The position numbers and the translations under genes are program-made. From NCBI RefSeq assembly GCF_000281045.1, contig NW_008246095.1:237087-301086 (forward strand): 64,000 nt of DNA. The letters run 5' to 3'. Source of the stretch: Saprolegnia diclina VS20. Taxonomy: Eukaryota. Shown one piece after another: positions 21,799 through 33,784 of the stretch. Position 1 is the first letter of the stretch, and every line of letters starts with the position of its first letter. Below the pieces are notes generated by a model. It was not told the DNA's origin and searched no databases. It saw only the letters and a list, made by a program, of their open reading frames with translations.

Positions 21799-24700
21799 CT
21801 ATGCTGCTGTTTTCGCGGATGGCAGCGCGGCCTCGCTCTCGAGTCGCACAAAGATCTTGGCCGTATCGAGCTCCTACACGACCGTGTCCATGCTCGCAGT
21901 TTGAACCAAAGTATCGAATGCGCTACCTGCATGAGTCGTGTGTACAGTTCGTCGGCGTTGAACGCCAGTTGCTTGTTGGCTTGTCGGCGGCGGTACGATA
22001 TTGAGATTTGGAGCATGAACGCATTCTGCTCGTCGTACTCGAGCTACGAGTCGGTTCAACGATCTTGATCGCAGCCACAAAGTGCACCTGCACGGTAGGC
22101 ACGGATCCGCCCCACTCCTTTTTGAACTTTTCATTCCACACCACCTTGGCAATGCGGATGTTGCCGTCATAGTTGTGCGATTCGTCCTAATGCGATAGAT
22201 GAGGTTAGGAATTGGACACGTGCCGCGCACCGAGATGTTTTTGGTGCGAAGGAACGTCGCAAGGTTCTTCATGTCGATGGGCACTTGGCGCGTCATGCGG
22301 ATCGAGACGACGCCTTGGGACCGGTACGTGAACGCCTTGAGCGCATAAAGCAAGAGGCCGGCAACGCCCGCCCAAAAGAGAAGACTGAGCACAAACCTAA
22401 GCCAAGCATATATACATTGAGGTGCCAAAGTCGATCAAGGTCCATGTACCAGAGACCGGGCGACTGAAACACGAGCGGATTGAGAAACGAGAGCGCCCAC
22501 GCTTGGCCTTGGAGCGTCCAGTCGCCCGTGAGTCGATCTAAAATATCGAACGCAAGCGTGCCCGAGAGGATCACTTGAATGAGCTGCAGCGTCGTCGCGG
22601 ACCGCTCGTTGATGGCCTGGAGCTCGCACAGCGACCGCATGTGATATCGAATGGCTTCGTGCTGCTTGAATATTTTCTCCTCGCTGCAAATGGCGCTCAT
22701 TTCATTGAGCACGTCGAGCTCATGGCGCGCGCCAAGCATGTTTTTCTCGAGGTCCTTGACGCGGCGCTTGAGCTGGGCTGAGAGACTGCCCAGTTGGAGG
22801 CGCTCGTACAAGCTCCGGCCGGCCTGCTCGGGCGGCTCGGATGGAATCTCAGCTTCGTCGAGCGACTCGCGCAAAAAGCCAAGGGTTTCTTCCAGCAAAA
22901 TCACTTGTTTCGAGAGAACCGCGAGCCGGTTGCGAATCTCGGTGAGCCGATTCGGGTCGCGGTCTGCGACTTCGAGCATTCCACGGACTGTCTTCATGTC
23001 GTCGACGACGATAAACATGCGCGCAAAAAAGTTTTGCGTAAAGAGGTTCATGCTCTCGTACTCGAGGAACGAGCACAGAAGCGGCTCGTGATGGCGCGAG
23101 TTGGGACCTGCAATGAGGAGCCCGTACGCACCAAAGATGAGCGTGTCGTGTTCGCTAATGTCATAGGCTGCGCGGGTGTCCCCAATGACCTATTCCCGAT
23201 TCTTACAGTGCGAGGAAAATTCCGAACGTGTCTACCTGCTTGAGCTCATTTTCGTACTCGCCCTTGTCCATGTACTCTTCCGCCGTCAAATGCGGTGTGA
23301 TCTCATTCGCGATAATGAGGTTGATCTTGTCACGGTGCGCCGCTTCGTTCATAAAGATGAGCTCGAGGAGGCTGCGCTGGTACGCCGAGAGAACCGAGTC
23401 GACGATCTTGGACGAATCTTGCTGCACGTCGACGAGCAAGCGCGAGAGATGGTCCAGCGAAATGTTGTCTTTGATGCGATCCATGATAGCTTCAACCTAG
23501 CGCCATGCATACAGAGACTTGCACGAGAAGCGATTAGAAGGAAGTACCTGCATGCCGTAAAAGCACGAGCCCGACGCGGTGAGCGAGCACCCAAACGTCT
23601 CGACTTGTACAATGCCCGGTGGCTCGGGGAAATGAATGTCGGCTTCAAAGTTGACGTGGTTTGTCAGCGAGTAGTCGAGCACATTGACGGACGTCAAGCC
23701 CGGGTCGACGCTGATTTGCGTGCCGGTCGACTCGGTGTCGACGACGGCGGTAAAGAAGCCCCCCTGTGCACCGATTGTTTCGTGTAACTATGTGTAGTGA
23801 GAGCATGATTTGTACCTGAACGCGCTCGGTCGACCCGAGATTGCAGTTGAGCTGCACGACTTGGTTGGCGCCAAATGGGATAAACTCTGCGACAATGAGC
23901 GAAACCGAGTTTAACGTGATGATCTCGTCCAGTTGGTCGCGAATGCTCGAGTCGCTCAAGCCACACTCGTGCGCGCGATGGGCGTTACTGAGCGTGGGGC
24001 GGCCGCCGCGGCGCAAGCACTGGGGCACATACGCCGAGGAGACGTACGAGACGTCCTCGGTTTCCGTCACCGACGAGACGCGTCGGTATCCGCTGACGTC
24101 GTCGTTGAGCCAGTACTCGTCCCCGTCCCACTCGACGCGCAGGAGGTTGCGAGTGCCGGGGGCATATGCCATCTCGTGGACGGGCGATTTGTCTGCGCGG
24201 CCGAGCTTGGCGATGAGCTCGAGGCCTTTTTCCGAGATTTGGTAGCACGTCACGGGCTGGTACGTCTTGGACGAGAGCTTGAGACCATTCAAGAGCTCTT
24301 CTTCGCGCAGAAAATCAATGTCCGACTTGCCTACATGGAGGGATGCAGCATGATGATCATGTCATATGCATAGGAAGGATGGTGCGATGGACCTTCTTGG
24401 GAGATGTTGAAGTACTTGCGCTTGCTCTCGACGAGCTCGGACGCTGGCGCGTAGTCGTAGTCGAGCGCCTTGGAGACAATGGCTTCGTACAACAGCACGA
24501 GAAGCGCGGGCTTGCGGATCCACTCTTCCTTGTCCGTCGCGAGAACTGCCGGCTTGCTGTAGAGCGAGATCATGTACAAGAGACGGTTTTGGTTCTCCGT
24601 GAGACCCTACGACCATGTTCATAGGGCAGAAGGAAGCTGCGGCGGAGGTACCGTGTCTTCCTCCATCGTCTCGCTCTCATCGTCGTCGTCGTCGTCGATC

Positions 24701-24822
24701 GCTTCGGCTTTGGCCAGCTCTTCCTTGGCCTCTTCGTCGACATCAACATCGGTCTTCTCCTGCGCATGATGGTCATGAGCGCTCGAGGAGCATGAAGCGT
24801 CTACCTCGTCCTTCTTGGCCAT
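21799..24822 (-). CDS. Uncharacterised protein: putative N-terminal winged helix, long helical/coiled-coil region, two C-terminal TM helices
   Basis: Multi-exon with strong coding bias. DIDFLREEELL...YQISEKG; coiled coil LKRRVKDLEKNMLGARHELDVL; TM-like IQVILSGTLAFDIL and WFVLSLLFWAGVAGLLLYAL. Confidence 0.7.
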
Positions 24823-25115
24823 CGCACCGACCGTTGCAATGCGACTGCTTGCGCTCGTTTCGTCCGGTTACAGCTGCCTTGAAATCGGCATCCGGTTTCA
24901 CAATTCGGCATGAATGTGCCACATATAGGAATTTTGCCCAGGAATCGGCAAGGACGCATACGTCACGGAGCCCCGTGTGGCGACGAGCAACAGTGATCGA
25001 GCAAGACTCTGTATCTCTCACTGCTGTTCCATCATACACTGTTCCAAGGGTCGGCTGCGGTGGTGTCGGTGCTTCAACAGCTTGGACGCCGGGAGATGAG
25101 AAGCCTGCATTTAGA

Positions 25116-25767
25116 TTAGTAGTCCTTCTTGGCCATTGGCAACAGACTTGTGCGACATAGGATATCAGCAAGCATCACGCGCTGCTCGTCTTGCACGTGA
25201 AACTCAAACTCATACTCGTGAAAGGCCTTGACGTAGTTGCACTCGTTGTAGCCGAGCCTACAGCGTCCATCGTGAGACTAGGTTGCATGGTCATGGGCCA
25301 AATACGTACTTGCGGAAGAGGCCCAAGGACGCTTCGTTCGTCTCGTTGATCTTGGAGTAGAAACGATGAACGTTCATCTTCTCGACGGCGTACGCCATCA
25401 TCAAGAGCACGGCTTCCTTCCCAAGACCGAGCCCGCGCTTGGAGGCTTCGGCGATCATGATGTCAATCTCGCAGTTGGCCGGATCTTCATCGTCGTTGAA
25501 GAAGAGGTTGACGTCGCCTGCCATCGAGGCTTCGTCTTCGTCGCGGACGTCGTCATTGCCATGGTCGTGGACGATAAAGGTCGCCTTCGTCGGGTCCTCG
25601 CGCCACGTCACCTGCATCTCTTGCTCTTCCGGCAGCGACAGCGGCTCGGACGCGGTCATCTCTAGCAGCCACGGATCCTTCATCCACTCGTGGTACTTGA
25701 CCACATGCCAGGCCGAGTACGGGACGAGGCGGACGCGGTCGCCCTGCAGCTTGACCTCCAGTCGCAT
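25116..25767 (-). CDS. NAT9: N-acetyltransferase 9-like GNAT (2 exons)
   Basis: LVPY...HVVKYHEWM, TASEPLSL, MAGDVNLF, EIDIMIAE..RGLGLG and NEASLGLFRKLGY. Confidence 0.92.
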
Positions 25768-25902
25768 GGCACGATTACGATTATGCCAAGTCTGTGGTAC
25801 CGGTATACGGACGCGTCCGGTTCTTTTAATCGTTCTTTTACTTGGCGCGGCGTTCTTTTTCGAAGCGGTCGTGTCTTTTTCAGTTGCAATTCCGATCCTC
25901 GC

Positions 25903-27906
25903 ATGCGAGCCTTGGAGGTCGCCGAGACCCCGCGCTCGCCACGTCATCGACGACCAGCGGACGACGCAGCGACCCAGCAGCCCAAGAGTCTGCCGAGCAC
26001 AGAGCCTCGCCAAGGTCGTCCACCGTCCGAGCGCCGGACGGCCTCGAAGCGGCTGCCCCGCGTGCTCATGCTGCTCTTGGAGCATGGGTGGGTGTCGCCG
26101 GACGATATGCTCTACAGCGTCCTTTTGGCCAGCCCGCGGCAATACCATCGCCTCCAAGGTAGACGAAGCACGTACCACAATGAGCTCGACAGTGGCTAGG
26201 TGGCATTGACCCGTCGCTTCGGGCCTCGTGGTGGCTATACCACGCACGGCGTCAGCGTGCGCTGTTGCCGCAAGACAAAAGCGTGTACGCGCACGAGCTA
26301 TTGCATGGCAATGCGAATGTTCTCTTGACGCTGGCGCACACGGGTCAAGACGGCGAGATCCGACGGGACATTCCGCGGACGTTTCCCCAGGAGCCGTACT
26401 TTGAGACGACCTCGGAGACAGTCCGCCCAGGGCATGTGCACTTGGCCAACATCCTCAAGGCGCTCGCGCTTCGCTTTCCGTCCATCGGGTACTGCCAAGG
26501 CATGAACTATGTCGTGGGGAAGCTCCTGCTCGTCTTGCGTAATGACCGTGCCACGGAAGGCGACCTCACGCGCGACGACGAAGCAGTCGTGTTTTGGACC
26601 GTCGCCGGGGCCATCGAGCAGCACGATTTGCAGTCGCTTTGGGCTCCATCCATGCCAGGGTACGCGATAAACGTACGCATGTCGTATCATCATCGAACGT
26701 TCTGCATTAGGCTGCGCCGCCATATCTATGCGCTACAGACGCTCCTGGAGCGCCAACTCCCACAGCTCTTCTTGCACTTGCGTGCGATTGGCATGCACGC
26801 CGGGTACTTTGCAACGCAGGTACGACGGGGTCCGCAGCGCTAGGGTATCCACTTGTACGATGCTGCTAGTGGTTTGCTACGCTCTTTGCGCGCCTTGTCT
26901 CGCTCGACGCGTTTGCGTGCGTCTGGAACCGCTTCCTCGTCGACGGCGCCAAGCTCCTCTTCCGCATCGCGCTTGTCGCGCTGGCGGAAATGCAAGTCGA
27001 CCTTCTCTCCCTCGTACATGCATTCCATCGCACAGTCCATGACCACAACACTGGTGTACGTAGGACATGGAAGGCGCGAGTACCTACTTTGTGCGGCACC
27101 CCAAAGCACGAGTCGGGGCGCTCGACGGTGCGTCGCTTCTTGAGCGCACAGTGCGCTACAAGGTGACGCGTCGCGGCCTCGACGAGATTGAGACCCAGCG
27201 CAAGCTGTCGTTTCTGCATCATCGCCTCATGCGCAGTCATGGGTCGTCGCTCGACGCTGACATCTTTTACCCCGAGCTCGACGGGCGCCCCGAGGACCCG
27301 CCGTCGGTCTTGGAGCCGATTCGGCGGCAAGTCGCAAGCTACGAGCATATCGTCGCCAACGACATTGCGGTGTTTCGGCTCAAGATTGAGCAGCTTCAGA
27401 AGGCGCTCGAGAAGGCCACGCAGACGCTCGTACGTGCGACGCGCTCCTTTATGGACGCAGCGTACCGCGTCGACGAGCTCAGCGAATGGCACGACCGGCT
27501 CGAGCACCAAGTGCGGACGCTGTACCCTGGCGTGTACCGTACGACGGCGGCATCGCCCGGCTGGTACCTTCGCATGCTCGGGTGTTTTGAGCACCCGCAT
27601 GTACTCCTGAACGAAGATGACGAAACGAGCACCAACGAGGCACTCGACCGGACGTATTTTCGCACCAAGCTCGAGAGCCTTGGCCGTGATCTCGCCCATG
27701 CCAAAGCCGCGTGGGCGGTCGCCAGTGACGCACTGCGCTGGGCGCAGCTCGACGTCGACGAGCGCGCCTTGTACAAGACCAAGCTCGTCGAGCAGTTTTG
27801 GTCGGTGCTGCGGCGCAACGAGAGCGACAAGTCGGCGCTATTGCACACGCTGTTTCACCACGTCGATCAGAAAGAGACAAGCGACCGACTTGACAACGCC
27901 ACATGA
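25903..27906 (+). CDS. TBC-domain Rab GTPase-activating protein with C-terminal coiled coil
   Basis: GIDPSLRASWW, the Arg finger IRRDIPRTFP, the Gln finger GYCQGMN, and QWFATLFA. Confidence 0.88.
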
Positions 27907-28007
27907 CTTTCTGCAGTTAAAACTCACGGGGCAATGCGACATATAAGTATCTAAGCTCCTAAACTAGTTTGCGCAACTCACATCGTGCAAACGATCGCGC
28001 CGAGCGT

Positions 28008-29468
28008 TTACTCTTCGTCGGCGTACTGGGCTTCGTCGTCGACGATCTCCGACTCGAACTCGGCGGCGACCGGCGCGCCAATGCCAGGGCCCCACGCGCT
28101 GTCCGACGACTCGAACGTCGCGGCGCCCGAGAGCGACGGGAACGCACCCTGGTCAAACGCACCGTTGCCCTTCTTGTTGGCCTTCTTCTTGGGCGACGAC
28201 GGGGCAACCGCAGGCGCATCCGCGCGCACCGTCTGGACCTTGAACCACTCGTTCTTGGCCTTGATGGCCGTGATCGACTCTTCGACGTTCGAGACGAGCG
28301 CCGGCGGCGTCAAGCCGAGCGAGGCGAACGACTGGATCTGGGCAATCGGCAAGACGAGCTTCGTCTCCTTCTTGGCCTTCTTGCCGGCACCGCCCTTCTT
28401 GGTCGACTTCTTGACCGAGAAGAACTCTTCGTCGTCACGCTTGAGCGGCTTCATGCCATCGAGCTCGACAGCGGCCGTCGTTGCGGTGGGCTTGGCAGCG
28501 ACCGCGGCCGCGAGTTCCTTCGCAAACGTCTTTTCGAGAAAGACAACGAGCGCCTGCGCCATGTCCACCTCGTCCTGGTACGGGTGGATCTTGGCCATCT
28601 CGGCCTCGTACTCGGCGACCTTGGCGTCGTACTCGGCCTTGCGGGCCGCATCCTCGGCCTCACGCGCAGCCTTCTTGGCCTCACGCGCAGCGCGGACACC
28701 CTCGTAGTACAAGTCGTTGTCCTTCTTGAACTGGTCACGGAGCGCGCGGATCTCGGAAAAGACCTCGTCGACGCGGGACTTCAAGCCCTTCTTCTCCTCG
28801 AGGAGCGTCGGGAAGAGGTCGCGGCCGCCAACGTCGCTGTCGGCGCGGATCGCGTCCATAACCGCCTTCTGCTTGTTGAAGTCTTCTGTGACAGCCTCGA
28901 TCTCGGCGGACTTGGCCTTCATGGCGGCGCGGATGTCATCCATCGACGCGTTGAAGTCGGCGTCCTTGCCCTGCTGCGCGGCAAACTTGGCCACGCTCTT
29001 CTTGGCGAGCTGGAGGCTCTCAATCTCCTTGATGAGGTTCTTCTCGGCCGTGAGCGACATGGACTTGGTGTGCTGGTCCGTCTCGAGCTGGCGAATGCGG
29101 TCCTCAATCTCCTTGACCGTCTTGTACGGCAGCTGGCTCTGGAGCGACTTCTGCGACTCGCGGTAGTTGTCCTTGGCGCCCTTGGCCTTCTCAAAGTCGA
29201 TCTTGAGCTGGTTGCGCTCCGTGTGGAGCTGCTTCTTCTTCTCGCTGAGCTCGTTGTAGATGACCTTGGCGGCCTTCATCTTTTCCGAGAAGCCCGAGCG
29301 GCCTTCCTTGATCTCATCGAGCTCGTGCGAGATCGCCTTCATGCGGTCGAGCTTCGTCTTCTTCTCGACCTCGAGGGCCGCGACGGCCGCATCCAAGACC
29401 GCCTTGTCCGGCTTGGGGACGATGATCTTCGGGGCCGCGATGGGCGCTTCGTGCTCGATGTCAGCCAT
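28008..29468 (-). CDS. BFR1 / proton-pump-interactor-like coiled-coil protein (intronless)
   Basis: Long K/E/A coiled coil with SLTAEKNLIKEIESL, PYQDEV and the C-terminal FASLGLTPP...AIKAKNEWF motif. Confidence 0.65.
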   Translation of the reverse strand: MADIEHEAPIAAPKIIVPKPDKAVLDAAVAALEVEKKTKLDRMKAISHELDEIKEGRSGFSEKMKAAKVIYNELSEKKKQLHTERNQLKIDFEKAKGAKDNYRESQKSLQSQLPYKTVKEIEDRIRQLETDQHTKSMSLTAEKNLIKEIESLQLAKKSVAKFAAQQGKDADFNASMDDIRAAMKAKSAEIEAVTEDFNKQKAVMDAIRADSDVGGRDLFPTLLEEKKGLKSRVDEVFSEIRALRDQFKKDNDLYYEGVRAAREAKKAAREAEDAARKAEYDAKVAEYEAEMAKIHPYQDEVDMAQALVVFLEKTFAKELAAAVAAKPTATTAAVELDGMKPLKRDDEEFFSVKKSTKKGGAGKKAKKETKLVLPIAQIQSFASLGLTPPALVSNVEESITAIKAKNEWFKVQTVRADAPAVAPSSPKKKANKKGNGAFDQGAFPSLSGAATFESSDSAWGPGIGAPVAAEFESEIVDDEAQYADEE

Positions 29469-30223
29469 TGGTTCGAATATGGTTTGTGAAGTTGCCGCAG
29501 TTTGCTGACGTCGCGCCACCTTTTTTAATTTCATACAAACTGCAAAGTCGTTTAATAAACCCACTTTGCCTTTGTTTCGCCCACATAGACACTTACCTTT
29601 ATCCGGACACACATACACAGCCCAAGTACACGATGAAACGCCCGCGTCGGGGATCCGGATAGAAAATTCAAGAAGTCAACGCCACGTGGTGCAATTTGGC
29701 GCCAAGAAGTGTAGCGACGCCGCTAGGAATGCTCACAACGTAGACTTTAGAGAACAGACACACTAGTGCTTTACGACACTACATACCGAGTAGGACCAGA
29801 AGAAGCGACTTGTGTAGATGCGGCGGGCATGGCCCCTCTCAAACGAGACAGTCTGTCTACCGCACCTAAGTAAGGTGTGCAATGCAAGAAGCGAACACGA
29901 GAGCAAAGCTCTGAGCATGGGGTGATGGAGATGACGATGACGAGAAGTAGAATATATGGATTGGCATGTGTGAAAGTACGCGCTAGTTCGATACTAGTAC
30001 TAGTAGCGCGAATGTCCTCGATGTCTGCGTGTTGCTGCTGCTTCGGGGATAAGATCTCGAATGATATTCCCCATCACATTGGACATGTCTTCTGCTCTGA
30101 TATTGGAACCGACGCAACGAAACTGCCCTTGGTGTCTTGAGCTCTAAGGCCACAAATCCATCAAGGGCGGCAAAACCGTGGCCAGCATGAGACGCCGAAA
30201 ATAGGCCGACGTGGTTTTCGTCC

Positions 30224-31766
30224 ATGCCGTCCACGTCGCCGACACGCTATGGCGCCCTCGCGAGTGTCTTCAAGGAGGAGTTCAGTACACACGTGATCCA
30301 CGATCTGCATTTGGATCAGACGGCGCTCCCCGTGTCGCCCCGGCCGTGCTCCCCGCGCTTGAGCCGCCGCTTCCGTGCCAAGTCGGAGACGGAGCTCGTC
30401 GCGGACGAACTTTCGCTTCGCGACAGCGTCAGCAGCGATACGACCACAGGTCATTTTTCCATGCCTCTCTGTTTACACTGCAATCGTTGCAGGGCGATGG
30501 ACCAAGGACGAGCAAGATGCGTTTGTCCAAGGACTCAACCAGTACGGCAAAGACTGGAAGAAGGTCGCTGGCTTGGTGCGTGCGCCGCATCTGCGCGGTC
30601 ATGGCACACAAGATGACGTAGATACCGACGCGAACGCTCATGCAGATTCGCACGCATGCACAAAAGTTCTTTAAGAAGCTCGAGAAAGATCAGCAATCGA
30701 GTGCCATGGTACTTGATCTCCAATCTCTTGCGACGCAATTCCGTGCCGTAGAGCAACGCCGACTTTGACGATTTGATTTTGAAAGAGTCTCGCTGGAACG
30801 TCGTCGGTGACGCACTGCTCGTCGATTTTGACGCCGTCACGGTACGCATGAGGATTCAGTGTCGCCGAATGCGAGAGCTGTGCATAGCCCAAGAAACCCA
30901 TCGTTGGCGAGCGACGGCACCGATCGGGCAGCGTCCCAAGCCCCGACGCCAACGGACGCCGCGACTCGGACCCACGCCACGGTCTTGTCAAGGGCAAAGT
31001 GAGTAAACTGTCCATTGAGACGGGGCCACCAGCGCCGCACAAGCGGTCGGGGCGCTGGACCAAAGAAGAGGAAGAGTACGCCAACCATCTCATTCGCGAG
31101 TTTGACCATGGCGTGCTGCCGCTACCGGACGGGATCTTGCTTCGCGTCTTCCTCGCCAAGACGCTGCAATGCGACCCGATGCGGATTTCCAAAAAGTTTG
31201 CCGGCGTCTTGCCCAAGTCCAAGCAAACGTACCTTCGTGATACCGCCGCGCTCCACAACATGTCGGACGCCGACCGCATGCAAAGGCGACGCGACCTCGC
31301 GGTGCTCGAGCGCCGCTTCTTGGTGGCGACCGGTCAAGTGACGCCGCCATTGGCCTCCACCGTAGAAGAGGAAAGCGAGGACGACGACGAGGAAGACGAC
31401 AGCGTTCTCGATGACGCAGCACTCGACTATCTCATGGCACAGCACATGACACCACCCGCGGACGAGGCGAGCGTCGTGCCCCTCGTGTGCTCGCCGCCAG
31501 CGCTCGGGAACCGGCGAAATAGCATTGAAAACTGCGAGCGCCGCCTGCAAATCGACATCGAAGACCTTGCAACGATCAAGATGACCGAGATGCGCACGAT
31601 TGAGACCACGTCCGTGCCGCTCTACTCGCCGATCCGGCACGGCTATTACATGCTGTCGCCCATGCACCGGTCGCTCTCGCAGGCTATCACAAGTCCCCAC
31701 GCGATGCTATACCCGCTCGACAGCGATCTCTGGTCCATCTTGCAAAACGACGAGGATACCTTGTAA
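30224..31766 (+). CDS. SHAQKYF-class Myb transcription factor with a second Myb-like domain
   Basis: GRWTKDEQDAFVQGLNQYGKDWKKVA|IPTRTLMQIRTHAQKFF splices in frame to RSGRWTKEEEEYANHLIREF...LQCDPMRISKKF. Confidence 0.8.
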
Positions 31767-31865
31767 CGTTCAGCCTCGTGAATAATCAAAGATACACCAC
31801 TGCCAACGTCGTTGCCCATGAGCCAGCACGAAGCGTGTGATGATCGCCTTGTCATCTGCAGTCCC

Positions 31866-32628
31866 ATGGCGGACGAGGAGCCGGCGCGCGTGGACGTGGA
31901 TACTGCTGCCATCTTTGCCAGTCTCTACCGCGAGCATGGCTGTACCATCGCCAAGGCCATCTCTCGGGTACGCCTCGCGAGTCTGCGTAGGCCGTCAGCT
32001 GTCGACACAGGCGGAACGCGAGGCCAATGGGTATCCGTCAACGACGCTCACGTACGGTGAGATCGATTTCGAGCCCTTTCGCTCGCTGTTGGAGCTGCTG
32101 AAGGTACGCTCTTCGCGCATTGCACTTCGCATGCACTGTGCTTAGACCAACCACGACGTCTTGACCAAGCCCGGGGGCACGTTTCTCGATGTGGGCTGCG
32201 GCACGGGGCGACCGCTCTTTGCAGCCGCCCTTCTGCACGACTTTGACGCAGTCGTCGGGTATGAGATCCTCGCCACCCTCGCGTCGACGGCGCAGACGAT
32301 CCATGGTCTCTGGCAGCACGAGAAGAAGGCGCTCAACGCGCTCAAGAAGCGGACGCGCTTTGTGATTGGCCACGAGGACGCGACGCAGGTCGAGTGGCCA
32401 ATCGCCGACGTCATCTTCTGCAACGCCACGTGCTTTGACGAGCGTCTCATGCTCTTGCTCACCAAGCAAGCGCTCTTGTACCTCAAGAAGGGCGGGGTCA
32501 TAATGACTGCGACCAAGCAACTCTGCCTCGACGACGACCACGCCCCCGTGCTCGGCCTCGTCCAGAAATTCAAGATGCAGCAAAGCTGGGGCATGTCAAC
32601 CGTGTACATTTACAAACGCGTCGGGTAG
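31866..32628 (+). CDS. DOT1-like class I SAM-dependent methyltransferase
   Basis: [20 protein letters not shown] and DVIFCNATCF follow the DOT1-family motif order. Confidence 0.7.
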
Positions 32629-32653
32629 CCTTGCCCATTGGATGCGAATGGGC

Positions 32654-33197
32654 TTAAAAGTCGTCGTCGTCATCGTCTTCTTCGTCCGAGAAATACGTCC
32701 TTCTCTTCATCTATACGATGGAGCATGAGCACGAGAGACGACCGGAAGCAGAAGCATACCGTGACTTTGGTGCGCTGCTGCTCTTCCGCAGCACCCGTGC
32801 GGTTCAAGAGCTCAATGAACTTGGGCTCGTCAATTTGGCCCGGCAGCTGGCCGCGCTGCGCCATTTGGATGATCAAATCTTCCAGCGCGTGCGCCTTCTC
32901 GGGCTTGACGATAGCAATGCGGTTCACTACCCAGAAGACCACTCAGTCAGGACCTTGCGGCTGCGTAGGTACATACGGCGCTCCTTGGCCGCGGGCGTCA
33001 TGAGGCTCGTGAGAATCTGCTTCTTCATCTCTTCGTTCTCCCTACGCACCACGAACGTTCATGCATGGCGCAGGAAGCTCATGCACCTACTGCTTGCGCA
33101 TCTGCTCCGCTTGCATCTGCTCCATGGACTTCTACGCAGGTCGTTGCATGAGCCCTTCTCCATGCCATTGTCGTCGTCGTACTCCTCCCGCCTGCAT
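32654..33197 (-). CDS. PDCD5: Programmed cell death protein 5 (dsDNA-binding family)
   Basis: ILTSLMTPAAKER|LNRIAIVKPEKAHALEDLIIQMAQRGQL..IDEPKFIELL, followed by an acidic tail. Confidence 0.9.
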
Positions 33198-33784
33198 ATT
33201 GGACTCGCTGGCACTTCTCGAAATGAATGACGTTGCTTTGCAGTCTAATTAAATAATACACGTCGCGTCCAAACCGCGTTCAAGCCATACAAAGACCAAA
33301 TCAAGATCCAAGAATAAAATAAACCAACCCGACGTCGGTAGAATTTCCTTGGCGCCCTTGCCCATCCTCACGCCGAGGGGCTAGACACGACGCGACAGCG
33401 TCTGGGACGAGAGGTCGACGTCCTGGCGTCTGGCGATCTCTGCTATAATTAAGAGTTATTGCCAAAGCTCAAGCCTGCCCCGAATCCGAGTCTTTTCGCG
33501 TGGGTTTGGCTGAAAATTGGACTTAAGACTTAAGCAATACTAGTACTAGTACAGCGCATACAAACCACGCTCGCATCGTCGTCTGCTGCGGTAGTGCGAC
33601 GATATATGACCTGCCCAGTACTTGTCGACCGGTGGAGCGAGGTGGCGAGGACTGGATGCCAGGCGTGCGTGGCTCGCATGACGAGCGAAAAAATGCGTCG
33701 TCGGCCATATTTGCGTCGACGCAATACTTTCGAATGCGACAGCATTTGCGTCGACTGAAACCGCGGGGGTTTCAGTAAAAAGAC

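Noticed and set aside
27969..29489. 506-aa plus-strand ORF antisense to the BFR1-like gene
   Set aside because: It mirrors a biased coiled-coil CDS and has the L/R/G-rich composition typical of antisense frames.
29590..29600. ACTTACCT, resembling the U1 snRNA 5' end
   Set aside because: It is followed by TT rather than GG, with no U1 stem-loops or Sm site downstream.
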